Shown here: piece after piece, positions 1 through 11,793 of the stretch | Layout: the number at the start of each line of letters is the position of its first letter | Numbering within the stretch: the stretch's first letter is position 1 | NCBI RefSeq assembly: GCF_902713615.1 | Contig: NC_052147.1 | Span: 166,884,410 to 166,948,409, forward strand | Direction: 5' to 3' | DNA: 64,000 nucleotides | Origin: Scyliorhinus canicula | Taxonomy: Eukaryota | Translations under genes and position numbers: made by a program | Notes under the pieces: generated by a model | Database searches by the model: none | Seen by the model: the letters and a program-made list of their open reading frames with translations, nothing else | Told to the model about the DNA's origin: nothing

Positions 1-1415
1 GGCAAAAGTCATGCCCCTGTTCATAAAAGGGAATAGGTATCATCCTGGGAATTATAGGCAAGTTAATCTGACTTCGGTGGTAGGAAAAGTAATGGAAAGG
101 GTACTGAGAGATAGGATTTCTAAGCATCTGGAAAGACACTGCTTGATTAGGGATAGTCAGCACGGATTTGTGAAGGGTAGGTCTTGCCTCACAAGTCTTA
201 CTGAATTCTTTGAGGAGGTGACCAAGTACGTGGATAAAGGTAAAGCAGTGGATGTAGTGTACCTGGATTTTAGTAAGGCCTTTGATAAGGTTCCCCATGG
301 TAGGCTTATGCAGAAAGTAAGGAGGCATGGGATAGTGGGGAATTTTGTCAGTTGGATAACCAACTGGCTAACCGATAGAAGTCAGAGGGTGGTGGTGGAT
401 GGCAAATATTCAGCCTGGAGCCCAGTTACCAGTGGCATACTGCAGGTATCAGTTCTGGGTCCTCTGCTGTTTGTGATTTTCATTAATGACTTGGATGAGG
501 GAGTTGAAGGGTGGGTCACTAAATTTGCAGACGATACGAAGATTGGTGGAGTTGTGGATAGTGAGGAGGGCTGTTGTCGGCTGCAAAGAGACATAGATAG
601 GATGCAGAGCTGGGCTGAGAAGTGGCAGATGGAGTTTAACCCTGAAAAGTTTGAGGTTGTCCATTTTGGAAGGACAAATATGGATGCGGAATACAGGGTT
701 AACGGTATGGTTCTTGGGAATGTGGAGGAGCAGAGAGATCTTGGGGTTTATGTTCATAGATCTTTGAAAGTGGATAGAGCTGTGCAGAAGGCCTATGGTG
801 TGATAGCGTTCATTAGCAGAGGGATTAAATTTAAGAGCCATGAGGTGATGAGGCAGCTGAACAAAACCTTGGTAAGGCCACATTTGGAGTACTGTATGCA
901 GTTCTGGTCACCTCATTTTAGGAAGGATGTGGAAGCTTTGGAAAAGGTGCAAAGGAGATTTATCAGGATGTTGCCTGTAATGGAGAGTAGGTCTTATGAA
1001 GAAATGTTGAGGGTGCTAGGCCTTTTCTCATTAGAACGGAGAAGGATGAGGGGCGACTTGATAGAGGTTTATAAGATGATCAGGAGAATAGATAGAGTAG
1101 ACAGTCAGAGACTTTTTCCTCGGGTGGAACAAACCATTGCAAGGGTTCATAAATTTGAGGTGAATGGTGGAAGATATAGGTGGGATGTCAGAGGTAGGTT
1201 CTTTACCCAGAGAGTGGTGGGGCATGGAATGCACTGCCTGTGGAAGTAGTTGAGCCAGAAACATTCGAGACCTTCAAGCGGCTATTGGATAGGTACATGG
1301 ATTACGGTAGAATGCTGGGGTGTAGATTGATTTGTTCATAATCTCGGACAAAAGTTTGGCACAACATCGTGGGCCGAAGGGTCTGTTCTGTGCTGTATTT
1401 TCTATGTTCTATGTT
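1..1415 (+). mobile_element. CR1-clade LINE, 3' portion (reverse transcriptase region of ORF2 plus 3' UTR and TTCTATG tail)
   Basis: ORF 11-1249 has CR1 RT motifs (PGNYRQVNLTS, QHGFVKGRSCLT, YLDFSKAFDKVPH, KFADDTK, LVRPHLEYC, LFSLERRRMRGDLIEVYK). There is an apparent frameshift near the C-terminus, and the element ends in (TTCTATG)n at ~1400-1415. Confidence 0.92.
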
Positions 1416-1444
1416 CCACCTGGACCTGCATCTTAAGTGCTCTA

Positions 1445-1890
1445 AGCTACAGGGCTATGCAGGAAGGTGGGATAAGAAAGGACACCTGGCTGACATGGAC
1501 AAGATAGGCCGAATGGCCTCCTTCTGTGCTGTAACCTTTCTATGATTCTATGCTTCTATGATTATGAGGGGCATGGACAGGGTGGATAGTGAGTAGCTGT
1601 TCCCCTTAGTTGAAGGGGCAGTCACAGGGGGACACAAGTTCATAATGAGGAGGTTTAGGGGGGGATGTGAGGAAAAACAGAGGGTGGTGACAGTCTGGAC
1701 AGCAGTGCCTTGGACGGTGATTGTGGCGGGTTGCCTCACATCCTTTAAAAAATACCTGGACGAGCACTTAACATTCAAGGTTTTGGGCCAAGTACTGGCA
1801 AATGGAATTAGGTAGGCAGGTCAGGTGTTTTTCATGCATCGGAGCAGACTCGATGGGCCAAAGGGCCTCTTGTGCACTATATTATTTTGT
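1445..1890 (+). mobile_element. Short 5'-truncated CR1 LINE 3'-end fragments
   Basis: Two consecutive CR1-type 3' ends: ggccgaatggcctccttctgtgctgta...ttctatgattctatg at ~1505-1560, then a degenerate ORF2 C-terminus and 3' UTR to ~1890. Confidence 0.65.
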
Positions 1891-3934
1891 GGGCGCTTCG
1901 CTGTGGCGGAGCCATAACTTTGTGGTGCATCACCTGAATAATCCAAGGTGTGTCAATCAGTTTTGAACTGCTATTCCCCTCCTATTTTTCTGTGTCATGC
2001 CCGAGCTCTGTATTTCTGGATGGGATTCTGATTCTGCCTTCTCTGGAAATGCAAAGTTTATTATCACTTCAACTGCTTCCTCGTTGCGCTGGGTTGTCAG
2101 GGACGGTCAAGATTTGGTCCCTTATTATGACACAAACTGCAATATTCTGGTAAATTTTCGCTAGCACATTGAAAAGCTTCAACATTTAAACAGCTTATTG
2201 GTGTCTTAGTGTCACTGTGTATGAGTTAGTGAATGGGTGAATGTGTAGCTGGTTAAGAGGATAGGATGGGTGAGGTAAGTAGTAGGGGGAGGTGGGTCAG
2301 GTGGTAGGTGAGTAGGTTGGCAGGTGGTTCAGGTGGTTGGTGGTTAGAGTGGCAAGTGTGTGGGCAGCAGGTGCATGAGGAGACAGGTAGGTAGGGTGGC
2401 ATCTGGGTAGAATGGTAAAAACCATACAGGATAAGCCACAGGCACACACAGAGGGCATCTGCTGCTTGCTGGCATCTTAATTCTTAAAGACAGAAAACTA
2501 ATGATGAGAAACCAGTTTCTTCAGCTCAGTTAGTCTACAGATATAACTCAAGAACCAGTGCTATATTAATTATAGGGAGGCAGGAGCCACATAGCTCACA
2601 CACAAAGATTCAATTGATCATCATGCAGCTGCATCTCATGTGTTCCCAGCTAAAACACTAGACAATGGAAGGGGAGTGTGGCACACCACAGCTCAGGCAT
2701 ATATATATCTTACTCATATCTAGTTGTTAGCCAACTAGAAACAAATATGTGCTTGTCAATATAATTAAACATACATGCCCCGATTATTATTGGTAATTAT
2801 ACACATATGTTATACATTACGGCATCCTAATTAATAGTTGTGAATGGACACAGATAACTTCTAAACAAATGTGTTCTTTAGATAGGTATATGTTAATTGC
2901 TTGGAGGATAAGCAAAGGTATTATTTCTCTGTATTTTCTATGATTGAGGAGCTGGAAAGCCACCTAATGGATGCTTAGCTACAGCTGGAATGAACTTCTT
3001 GAACTTCTTCAAGTGAAATTCCTGAGTGTCGTCTGGTCATTTGTGGAGTGAGAAATGCTATGTTTGAGAGGTGAGAAACTCCCACAGCAGGGGGCATCTG
3101 GAAATGCTGGTGGGTGGGTAGGGTGGTGAGGTTAGGTTAGACTGGGTTGGGAAGGCAGTCAGATGGTGAGGTTGGATCAAGTCGAGTAATACGTACGGGA
3201 TGGGGGTGGATTTGGGTGGGGAGGTTGGCTCAGGTTGGGGAGGTGAGGGAGAGTTGCGGCAGTCAGGGTGGAGTCAGGGGTTCAAGGAGACAGAATCAGG
3301 TGGTGACATCAGATCAGGTTTGGTGGGGAGGCTTGAGGTTAGGGGGTCTATCAGGCATCCAAGGGAGCAGTTACGGGTGTCAGTTGTATAGGCACTCAGG
3401 CATTAGGCTAGGATTTTTCTGTCTAACATTTCCTGGGTTATTATAGGGAACTGTCCGAAGTCTCCGAACCTAACTCAAAGTTGGAGGCTTTTTCGGAGAG
3501 TCCTGGGGAGGAGAGGAATTGCCCACCAGAGAGTCAGACTTCCCAGGCAATCCCCACTAAGTCTGCGCTTCAGGAATCCCAAGGGATTCCAACATGTATC
3601 TTATGAGGTCTCTGATGATCCGGAGACTGGAAGGTCTGGTCATATCAGTTTCAGAACTGGTCCTAAAATACAAAATAAACCTAATAGTTAATTCAAAAGA
3701 TACAAAATATAAAATGGTTGCTGCTCAGGAAGCAGGTTACGTGGATTGGCCATGCTAACTTGCCCTTGGTGTTCAAAGATTACGTATGGTTGCGGGGTTA
3801 GGGCGGGGGTGATGGCCCCTCTTTTGGGGGGGGGGTGTTGTTGTAGACTCAATAGTCTGAATGACCTTGCACCATAGGAATTCTATCAATCTGCCCAAAA
3901 TTGCAGTAGTTGCCTCCTCCGTCAAACATTCATA

Positions 3935-4258
3935 AAACATACAGTGCAGAAGGAGGCCATTCAGCCCATCGAGTCTGCACCGGCCCTCTGTAAGCCCTTA
4001 CATCCACCCTACCCCCGTAGACCAATAACCCCTCCTAACCTTTTGGCCACTAAGGGCAATTTAGTATGTCCAATCCAACTAACCTGCATGTCTTTGGACT
4101 GTGGGAGGAAACCGGAGCATCCACAGGAAACACACGCAGGTATGGAGACAACGTGCAGACTCTGCACAGACGGTGACCCAGCGGGGAATTGAACCTGGGA
4201 CCCTGGTGCTGTGAAGCCACAGTGCTAACCACTGTGCTACTGTGCTACTGTGCTGCCC
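3935..4258 (-). mobile_element. tRNA-derived V-SINE (HE1-like elasmobranch SINE)
   Basis: The reverse complement has a GGGCAGCAC..GTAGC head, a GGTTCAATTCCC B-box, the V core (gggtttcct..gctccggtttcctcccacagtccaaaga) and a CR1-like tail. Confidence 0.85.
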
Positions 4259-4512
4259 CTCTCCTGCCGATTCTTTTTGAGGTTATTTTTCAACTGTATA
4301 ATTTCATCGACTGGTGAAATGGTTCTGCTCTGATTCTATTCTGAGACCAGATCCTAACAGCCCCTCTCCAACCCACCTCGTCACCATACAGATCTCTCCT
4401 CTCATCCTTGATGCTCACCATGTACACATTTCCATTCCTCCAATCCCTTTAACCCTGGAGCTACTGCCATTGTTGCTATCACTGTCCGCTCCCTGAACCT
4501 TTTTCTGTCAAT

Positions 4513-5185
4513 GGGCAGAATTCTCCGAACCCCGCAGGGTCGGGGAATCGCCCGGGGCCGGCGTAAATCCCACCCCCGCCGTGGCCGGAATTCTCCGCCA
4601 CCCGGGAATTGGCGGGGGCGGGAATCACGCCCCGCCGATCGGCGTGCCTCCTGCACCGGTCGGCGGACCCCCCGCGCCGATTCTCCAGCCCGCGATGGGC
4701 CGAAGTCCCGCCGCTAACAGGCCAATCCCGCCGATGGGAATTGGAGCACCTCTGGTGCCGCCAGGATTGGCAGCGCGAGCGAGCCCCCCGGGGTCCTGGG
4801 GGGGGGGGGGGGCGCAGGGCGATCGGATCCCGGGGGTTGCCCCCACGGTGGCCTGGCCCACGATTGGGACCCACCAATCGGCGGGCAGGCTAGTGCCGTG
4901 GGGGGCACTCTTTTTCTTCCGCCGCCGCCACGGCCTCCACCATGGCGCAGGCGGAAGAGACCCCCTCCACCGCGCATGCGCCGGTGGTCACGTCAGCAGC
5001 CGCTGACGCACTGGCGCATGCGCGGACCGGCGAAGGCCTTTCAGCCAGCCCCGACGCCGGGAGGCATAGCGCCAAAGGCCTTTGGCACCAGTTTTGGCGC
5101 TAGTTGGCATGGCGCCAACCACTCCGGCGCGGGCCTAGCCCCTAACGGTGCGGAGAATTCGAACCTGTAGGGGAGAATCCCGGCC
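4513..5185. mobile_element. GC-rich non-autonomous DNA transposon (Harbinger/PIF-type MITE)
   Basis: Terminal inverted repeats GGGCAGAATTCTCC...GGAGAATCCCGGCC, flanked by a 3-bp duplication AAT (4510-4512, 5186-5188). CpG-rich and internally palindromic. Confidence 0.8.
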
Positions 5186-5738
5186 AATATCCCTACGCCT
5201 CATGTCAACTTCATCTCTCCTATCCTGCCGCCGTCTGTACAGTAATAAAAAGGGCTGACCTCCATGAGACCATTGAATGTCCCCCTCTTACTTATTAATT
5301 CCCCATTTACATGCCTTGGTTTCCTCCCCTGACCACGACAGTGCCATCTGTAACCCAATACAAAGCCACCAAACCTCAGAACTCAAAATGTGTGAGGGAC
5401 TGATCACTCCTTGCACACCATGCTGTGCATGACTAATACAACACCAACAGAGTCTTCACCTCCTTGGACCCAGTCAGGCATAGCCTTGTAGCTTGGCGTA
5501 CACTGCCTTTAAATTCTGGCTCCAACACTGCCCCAGGATATGCCTCACACTTAAACTCCCATCATGCTTTTATCGCCCCCATACTAAAGTCATGTGTCTC
5601 TCTCCACCACTTTCCTCCTGTTCTCCAGTTAAATGTCTGCCTTCCACCCCTTCCCTTCCCATGCGGCTTGCCAGCGCAGCCTTGGACAGTAGTCAGAGCA
5701 GCCACGGGAGCACTGCGGTGAAAGGCAGCGAACACTGT

Positions 5739-6444
5739 GGGCGGGATTCTCCGACCCCCCCGGCCGGGTCGGAGAATCGCCGGAGCGCAGCGAGAATCCC
5801 GCCCCAGCCAGCTGCCGAATTCTCCGGCACCAGGAATTTGGCGGGAGCGGGAATCGTGCCACGCCAGTCGGCGGCCGTCGGATGCAGTCCCCCCGGCGAT
5901 TCTCCGGCCCGTGATGGGCCATGCGGCTGCATGTTTTCGGCAGGTCCCGCTGGCATATGTTACGACAGGTACTTACCGGCGGGACCTGGCTCCACGGGCG
6001 GCCTCTGGGGTCTTCGGGGGGACGTGGGGCGATCTGGCCCCACGGGATGCCCGCACAATGGCCTGGCACGCGATCGGAGCCCACCGATCCGCGGGCAGGC
6101 CTGTGCCATGGGGGCACTCTAGTCCTCCGCACCAGCCGCTGTAACAGTCCGCGATGGCCGGTGCGGAGATGAACCCCCCCCTGTGCATGCGTTGGGATGA
6201 TGCCAGCACAAGCTGGTCCTCCCGCGCATGTCCAACTTGCGCCGGCCAGGCCCTTTGGCACTGGTTGGCATGGCGCCAAGCCCCTTCCGTGCCAGCCAGC
6301 GCAGCGCAAATGACTCCGGCGCCGGCCTAGCCCCTGAAGGTGCGGAGGATTCCGTACCTTTGGGGCGGCCCGATCCCGGAGTGGTTCACGCCACTCCTTC
6401 GTGCCGGAGTTGCCCACCCCGCCGGTTTCTGAAGAATCCCGCCC
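5739..6444. mobile_element. GC-rich Harbinger-type MITE
   Basis: Ends GGGCGGGATTCTCC...GAAGAATCCCGCCC, with the same internal modules as 4513-5185. Confidence 0.8.
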
Positions 6445-6659
6445 TACGTGTACAAACCTCAAGGTGGTGTGTGAAGAGCAGTTTGCCATTCATAACCAAT
6501 CATGAATCGACTTGTCTCATTATCCGCTGGTGGGGCAATTAGATTGGGAGTGTGAATGTGACTACAGCGAGCTGGGTTTTTAATCAGCATTCATGAGTTG
6601 AAAAGGGATGAAACCCCACAAACCATGAAAGCCTGGACGGAAAGTTCCACTTGATATCA

Positions 6660-7610
6660 TAGAAACATTACAGTACAGAAGGAGGCCATTCAGTTCATCT
6701 TATCCATGCTAGCCATGATACCCAGGTGGCTTTTCTAATCCCACCTCCCTGCACCCAGTCCATAACCCGTATCTGGCAAAATTTAAGGTGCAGATCCAGA
6801 TACTTTTTAAGAGTTTAGGATCTCTGCCTCTACCACCAACTTGGGCAGCATATTCCAGACACCACTACCCTCTGCACAAAAAGGCTCTTCCTCATGTCCC
6901 CTCTACACCTTCTGCCATTTATCTTGAATCTGTGCCCTCTGGTTCTAGAATTCTCCACCAAGGAGAACAATTTTCTGTCCACCCTATCTCTTCCCCTCAT
7001 AATTTTGTACATCTCAATGAAGTCATCCCTTAGTCTTTTTCGTTTCAAGGAAAATAACCCCAATCTATCCAATCTCTCCTCCTATCTACACTTTTCTAGA
7101 ACTGGCAACATTACGTCCTTCTTATAATGTGGTGACCAGAACTGCACACACTACTCCAGTTGTGGCCTCACCAGTGTTCTGTACAATTCCAACATTATAT
7201 CCTTACTTTTAATTTCTGTACCTCTGCCAATGAAGGAAATCATTCCATGTGCCTTCTTTACAACTTTCCCTACTTGAATTGCTACCTTTATGCACCTGTG
7301 TACTTGTACGCCAAGATCTCTTACTTCATCTACCCCTCTTAGTATATTGTCATTTAATGTCTACTTCCTATAACCGTTTGACCTCCCTAAATGCATGACC
7401 TCACACTTCTCTGTGTTAAAATCCATCTGCCCCTTTCCCCCTTACCACCCATCTCCACCAACCCACCTATAATATAGTTTTGGGATTATCGGTATCCTCT
7501 ACACTGCCCACCACTCGGTTAATCTTTGTGTCATCTGCAAATTTCCCAAACGTGCTCCCCATGTATATATCCAATTGTTAATATATAACACAAACAGTAA
7601 GGGCCCCTTA
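6660..7610 (-). mobile_element. Decayed CR1 LINE 3' fragment
   Basis: Minus-strand translation DRLGLFSLKRKRLRDDFIEMYKIMRGRDRVD..RTRGHRFK. A FADD-region remnant lies near 7530 and the tail near 6660. Confidence 0.85.
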
Positions 7611-7719
7611 TTTCTCTGGCAGAGGAAAACAGACTTTTGTCATCACGTCGAATGTTGTTCCCCCGCCCACTATGACTCCTGTCACTGGCGAGACCAGGTA
7701 ATTCCTCCCCTGGTCTCCA

Positions 7720-7900
7720 TAATTGATTGTTGTAAAAACCCATGTGGTTCACTAATGCTCCTCAAGGAAGGAAAGCTGCTAACCCTTACTCAGTCTGGCC
7801 TATACGTGACTCCAGAGCCACAGAAAATGTTGACTGACCTCTGAAATGGCCAAGCAAGTCGTTCAGTTCAAAGGCAATTAAGGACGGGCAACAAATGCTG
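7720..7900 (+). mobile_element. Deu-core SINE fragment (SacSINE1/AmnSINE1-like)
   Basis: ttgtaaaaacccatgtggttcactaatg...cagtctggcctatacgtgactccagagccacag...ggcaattaaggacgggcaacaaatgctg matches the DeuSINE core and tail from memory. The tail is shared with the LINE end at ~17490-17535. Confidence 0.6.
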
Positions 7901-8304
7901 AAAACGTTTTTAAAAAGCTGATGTGAAAAATGAGGGAGTGGAGAATTTGAATGAGGTGATGATCATCAGCTGATTATGCAGCCCCAAAACATGAAAGTAT
8001 TTGTATACATGTAACGCTTTGTGACAAGCACACACCTATTTTATACCTGTAAGCAAAATAAACCATAAACAACCAGTAATGTCCAGTTTATAACAGCACA
8101 GCAGAGTTAATAGTTGAACGTTTTTGTCTGTTCCACTTTGAGAATAGCTCTAGTCTCATTCTTTGTTTTCCTTTTTAACTACAGGACAATCAAAATGACA
8201 TGAAAGCAAAACAAGAAGAACCAATCGCAATCTACTGCTCTGAATAATGGTGTATTCTGTGACACATTTCAATTCTTGGTCTGTTTTTGATGATGTGCGC
8301 TTGA

Positions 8305-8356
8305 GATTGTTTGAAATAACAAAGGTCTATGCAATGGCCTCTCAAACATATAAATA
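8305..8356 (+). promoter_or_regulatory. Gamma-crystallin gene 1 proximal promoter (Sox sites, TATA box)
   Basis: TATAAATA at 8349-8356, 58 bp before the ATG. Sox-like ATTGTT and AACAAAG sit just upstream (~8306-8324). Confidence 0.65.
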
Positions 8357-8413
8357 CTGAACACCCAGAGCAATAATGTGTCAGTCTCTTGCTTTTCCAA
8401 CAGTGAGCTCAAA

Positions 8414-10505
8414 ATGGGAAAGGTAAGGTTAACTCTCGTATTTTTCACGTTATCAATAATTGGTTGGAAAATACAAGTATTTAATTTCATCTTCTTTCCT
8501 CACAGGTCATCTTTTATGAGGACAGGAACTTCCAGGGTCGGCACTATGAGTGCAGCAGTGACTGTGCTGACCTGTCCCCTTACTTCAGCCGCTGTAACTC
8601 CATCCGTGTTGAGAGTGACTGGTGGGTGATGTATGAGAAACCCAATTACATGGGATACCAGTATGTTCTGAGCAGGGGAGAATATCCTGACTACCAGCGC
8701 TGGATGGGATTCAATGACAACATCAGATCATGTCGCTCCTACCCACATGTGAGGAATACATTTATGGCCATGTTAGACATTAATGCAACTGATTTACTTT
8801 TGTAATTGTCTATATATCTGTTGTTTATTTAATAAATCAAAATTAATTTATCCAAATGTTAACGCCAAATCTAAGTTGTAGCTACAACAGTTGGCCTACA
8901 CTGCAGGATTTAGGGTTTGCCTTCAGGGCCGTCCTGATGGGAAATTGATGGAACTGGAGGATACACCAGTCGGAGCAAGGGTGGATTTCCATTAATCTTC
9001 CATAAAAGTTAGAATGAAAGAGTCCCTGAATTAAACAAGTTCTGGAAAGGTGAGGGAAATATTCAGCTCCTTAACATTGTCATAGATGTAGCTGACACTA
9101 TTTGTGGAGGAAGGTGTGGGAAGAAGTCCAAAGATTTTCTGGGTGATGTTTGGAAGACTGGTCAAATACACCCTCTTGCCGAGTACATGGAGTTTGCTCA
9201 CTAATCAGCTTTGATCTCATGAATGGCAACAAAAGAAGCTGCAGGGCCTCAGTGAGCCACTCCTTTCCTGAACTTCCCATTAAATACAAGTACTGCTGAA
9301 TGTCAAATCAGTATTCAGAGATCCGATTTTCCTTTTCCAATCCGTAGGGCAGTCCAGAGTGGGATTTTGGATCCCAAATCTTCTAGTGTATACTTGTTAA
9401 CAATAAGAACTTTCATTGAATATTTGATAATATTGATGAAACTTTCAAATTGTAATTGCCAGCAACTGATAACCAACGAGAAAATTCTGGAAATACACAC
9501 GAGGTCTGTCAACAGGCACGGTAGCATGGTGGTTAGCATAAATGCTTCACAGCTCCAGGGTCCCAGGTTCGGTTTCCGGCTGGGTCACTGTCTGTGCGGA
9601 GTCTGCATGTCCTCCCCGTGTGTGCGTGGGTTTCCTCCGGGTGCTCCGGTTTCCTCCCACAGTCCAAAGATGTGCGGGTTAGGTGGATTGGCCATGCTAA
9701 ATTGCCCGTAGTGTCCTAAAAAGTAAGGTTAAGGGGGGGGTTGTTGGGTTACGGGTATAGGGTGGATACATGGATTTGAGTAGGGTGATCATTGCTCGGC
9801 ACAACATCGAGGGCCGAAGGGCCTGTTCTGTGCTGTACTGTTCTATGTTCTATGTAACATCTGCAAGCAGAAATGAAAGATTACTAAAAGCAGAACATGC
9901 CAAAAAGAATCCAGCAGGTTCCGCACCTGCGGAGTGGGAAACAGAGTTAGTGTTTCGGAGTTCCAAAGAAGAGTCACATTGGAATCAAAATGTTTCTCTC
10001 TTCAAAGGTGCTGCCAGACCTGCTGGGTTTTTCCAGCACTTTCTGTTTTTAATCGCAGATTTGCAGCATTTTCTTTTGAGCATGTTTAATGCTTTGGGTG
10101 GAGAATTTTCATCAAAGTTGCAGCTGAATTTCCTGATATTATAAAATGACCCTTTGCAATGTTTTTTTTAAATGTTGTGTAGATATATTTCTACCTGCCT
10201 ACCACATGTCTCATTTCTTTCTATTACAGTACCGAGGTGGAAACTACAGAATGAGGATTTATGAGAGGCCTGACTTTGGAGGACAGATGATGGAATTCAT
10301 GGATGACTGCCCATCTGTCTACGATCGTTTCCGTTACCGTGACATCCACTCCTGCCATGTGATGGACGGTTACTGGACCTTCTATGAACATCCCAACTAC
10401 AGAGGCCGACAGTACTTCATGAGACCCGGTGAATACAAGAGATACAGTGACTGGGGCGGCTACAACTCAACTATCGGATCTTTCAGACGCATGAGGGATT
10501 TCTAA
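8414..10505 (+). CDS. Gamma-crystallin (shark gamma-crystallin S-1-like), gene 1; 3 exons, 175 aa
   Basis: Exon 1 8414-8422 (MGK, GT donor), exon 2 8506-8748 ([40 protein letters not shown]...SCRSYPH), exon 3 10230-10505 ([18 protein letters not shown]...SFRRMRDF*). Phase-0 GT-AG introns, four Greek-key motifs, classical gamma-crystallin exon structure, AATAAA at 10554-10559. Confidence 0.96.
9515..9855 (+). mobile_element. V-SINE (HE1-like) in intron 2 of gene 1
   Basis: tRNA-like head, V core, and a 3' tail nearly identical to the CR1 tail at 1358-1415. Flanked by AACA on both sides. Confidence 0.88.
9885..10070. mobile_element. Head-to-head Penelope-like terminal-repeat fragments (shark interspersed repeat)
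   Basis: Inverted arrangement ...ccagcaggttccgcacctgcggagtgggaaacagagtt / ...gtgctgccagacctgctgggtttttccagcactttctg. Same family as 59350-59481. Confidence 0.45.
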
Positions 10506-10553
10506 TTGCTTGTTGAAACCTGGATTTTGTCATGTTGAAATATTCTGAAACAT

Positions 10554-10559
10554 AATAAA
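10554..10559 (+). terminator. Polyadenylation signal of gene 1
   Basis: AATAAA about 50 nt after the stop codon. Confidence 0.7.
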
Positions 10560-11029
10560 TGTGCCATAATCTGAACTGGTTTCCTATTTTGGATTCTGTT
10601 TCCGTGTCTCTGCTGCTGCACACATTTTATAACTGGGGGAGCACAATAACGGGAGGCAATAAATGTTGATTCTAAAATTGGATGTAAGAAAAATGCGTAG
10701 CAAGCAATATTAATGTTCTTTACTTCAGTTATTTATTCAGACAGCTATGATAGCTGCAGTAATCGTGTTTCATACAAAATATGATGCTGAGTATTTCCAT
10801 CATTTTCTGTTTTTAATGCAGACATTTCTGGGCACACTGGCAAAACTTCATTCACACTCTTATTTAATTCGTTCCAGATTATTCTCTGAAATCCATTTAA
10901 AAAGGTTTATTAGGCCACCATATCAAACACTTGTCAGGAGTCATGAGGGGAAAGAACTTTGTCATCTTGGTTGGGGTCCCCCTGTACTGGACAAGGAATG
11001 AAGCACAGTCATGAGGCAGGTGGCACAGG

Positions 11030-11335
11030 TGGCAGGTGGCAGGTTAACACTGCTGCCTCACAGCACCAGGAGTCCAGGTTTGATTCTGGCCTTGGGTGAC
11101 TCTGTAGAGTTGTACGTTCTCCCCGTGTCTGCTCCAGTTTCCTCCCACTCCAAAGATGTGCCGGTTACGTGGCTTGGTCATGCCAAATTGCCCCTTAGTG
11201 TCTAAAAGGATAGGTGGGGATATGGGGATAGGGTGGGGCGTGGGCCTAGGTCAGGTGCTCTCTCAGAGGGTCAGGGCATGACTCGAAGGGCCAAATTGCC
11301 TCCTTCTGCACTGTAAGGATTCGGTGATTCTGGAT
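11030..11335 (+). mobile_element. Diverged V-SINE
   Basis: Head (ggttaacactgctgcctcacagcaccagg), V core remnant and tail gcctccttctgcactgtaagg. Confidence 0.75.
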
Positions 11336-11454
11336 TCCATGATCACCAGTTGCTGCGGGAGAGTGTGAAAGGGTGAGGCAGTGACTGACATCGTGCCTGC
11401 TCTTGACACCTTCACCAGAACCTCGAGTGCTAGCTCTGAGAAGCTGTGCACTCT

Positions 11455-11793
11455 ATCATAGAATTTAGAGTGCAGAAAGAGGCCATTCGGCCCATCAAGC
11501 CTGCACAGGCCCTTAGAAGGAGCTCCCTCCATAAGGTCACACCTCCACCCTATCTCTGTAATCCAGTAATCCTACCTAACCTTTTTTTGGACACTACGGG
11601 ACAATTTACCATGGCCAATCCACCCAACCTGCACATCTTTGGACTGTGGGAGGAAACCGGAGCACCCGGAGGAAACCCACGCAGATACGGGGAGAACGTG
11701 CAGACTCCGCACAGACAGTGACCCACACCGGGAATTGAACCTGGGATTCTGGAGGTGTGAAGCAACAGTGCTAACCAGTGTGCTACTGTGCCG
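11455..11793 (-). mobile_element. V-SINE (HE1-like)
   Basis: Reverse-strand head, B-box, V core and tail, as in the other copies. Confidence 0.85.

Noticed and set aside
11-1249. Host protein-coding gene
   Set aside because: CR1 ORF2 fragment with no endonuclease domain in the window, a small internal deletion and a C-terminal frameshift.
3100-3400. G-rich strand-biased tract (also 2230-2420 and the C-rich 51200-51480) as a functional G-quadruplex element
   Set aside because: Irregular low-complexity sequence, probably TE interior. No periodicity or positional argument for function.
4402-6542. Many overlapping Pro/Gly/Arg/Ala-rich ORFs here and at 25.9-26.6, 41.9-43.3, 47.6-48.5, 54.9-56.8, 58.3-58.9 and 59.8-60.3 kb
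   Set aside because: They coincide with GC-rich MITEs, occur on both strands and show no domain motifs.
7690-7717. 9-bp stem hairpin GAGACCAGG...CCTGGTCTC as an ncRNA
   Set aside because: An isolated short hairpin between TE fragments is expected by chance in 64 kb.
9515-9590. tRNA gene (and similar heads in other SINE copies)
   Set aside because: The A/B-box-like heads continue directly into the V-SINE core and LINE-like tail, with no complete cloverleaf.
10146-10229. ORF-track N-termini preceding crystallin exon 3 (also 20870-20890 and 61739-61759)
   Set aside because: These are intronic read-through upstream of clear AG acceptors. The real starts are the MGK mini-exons.
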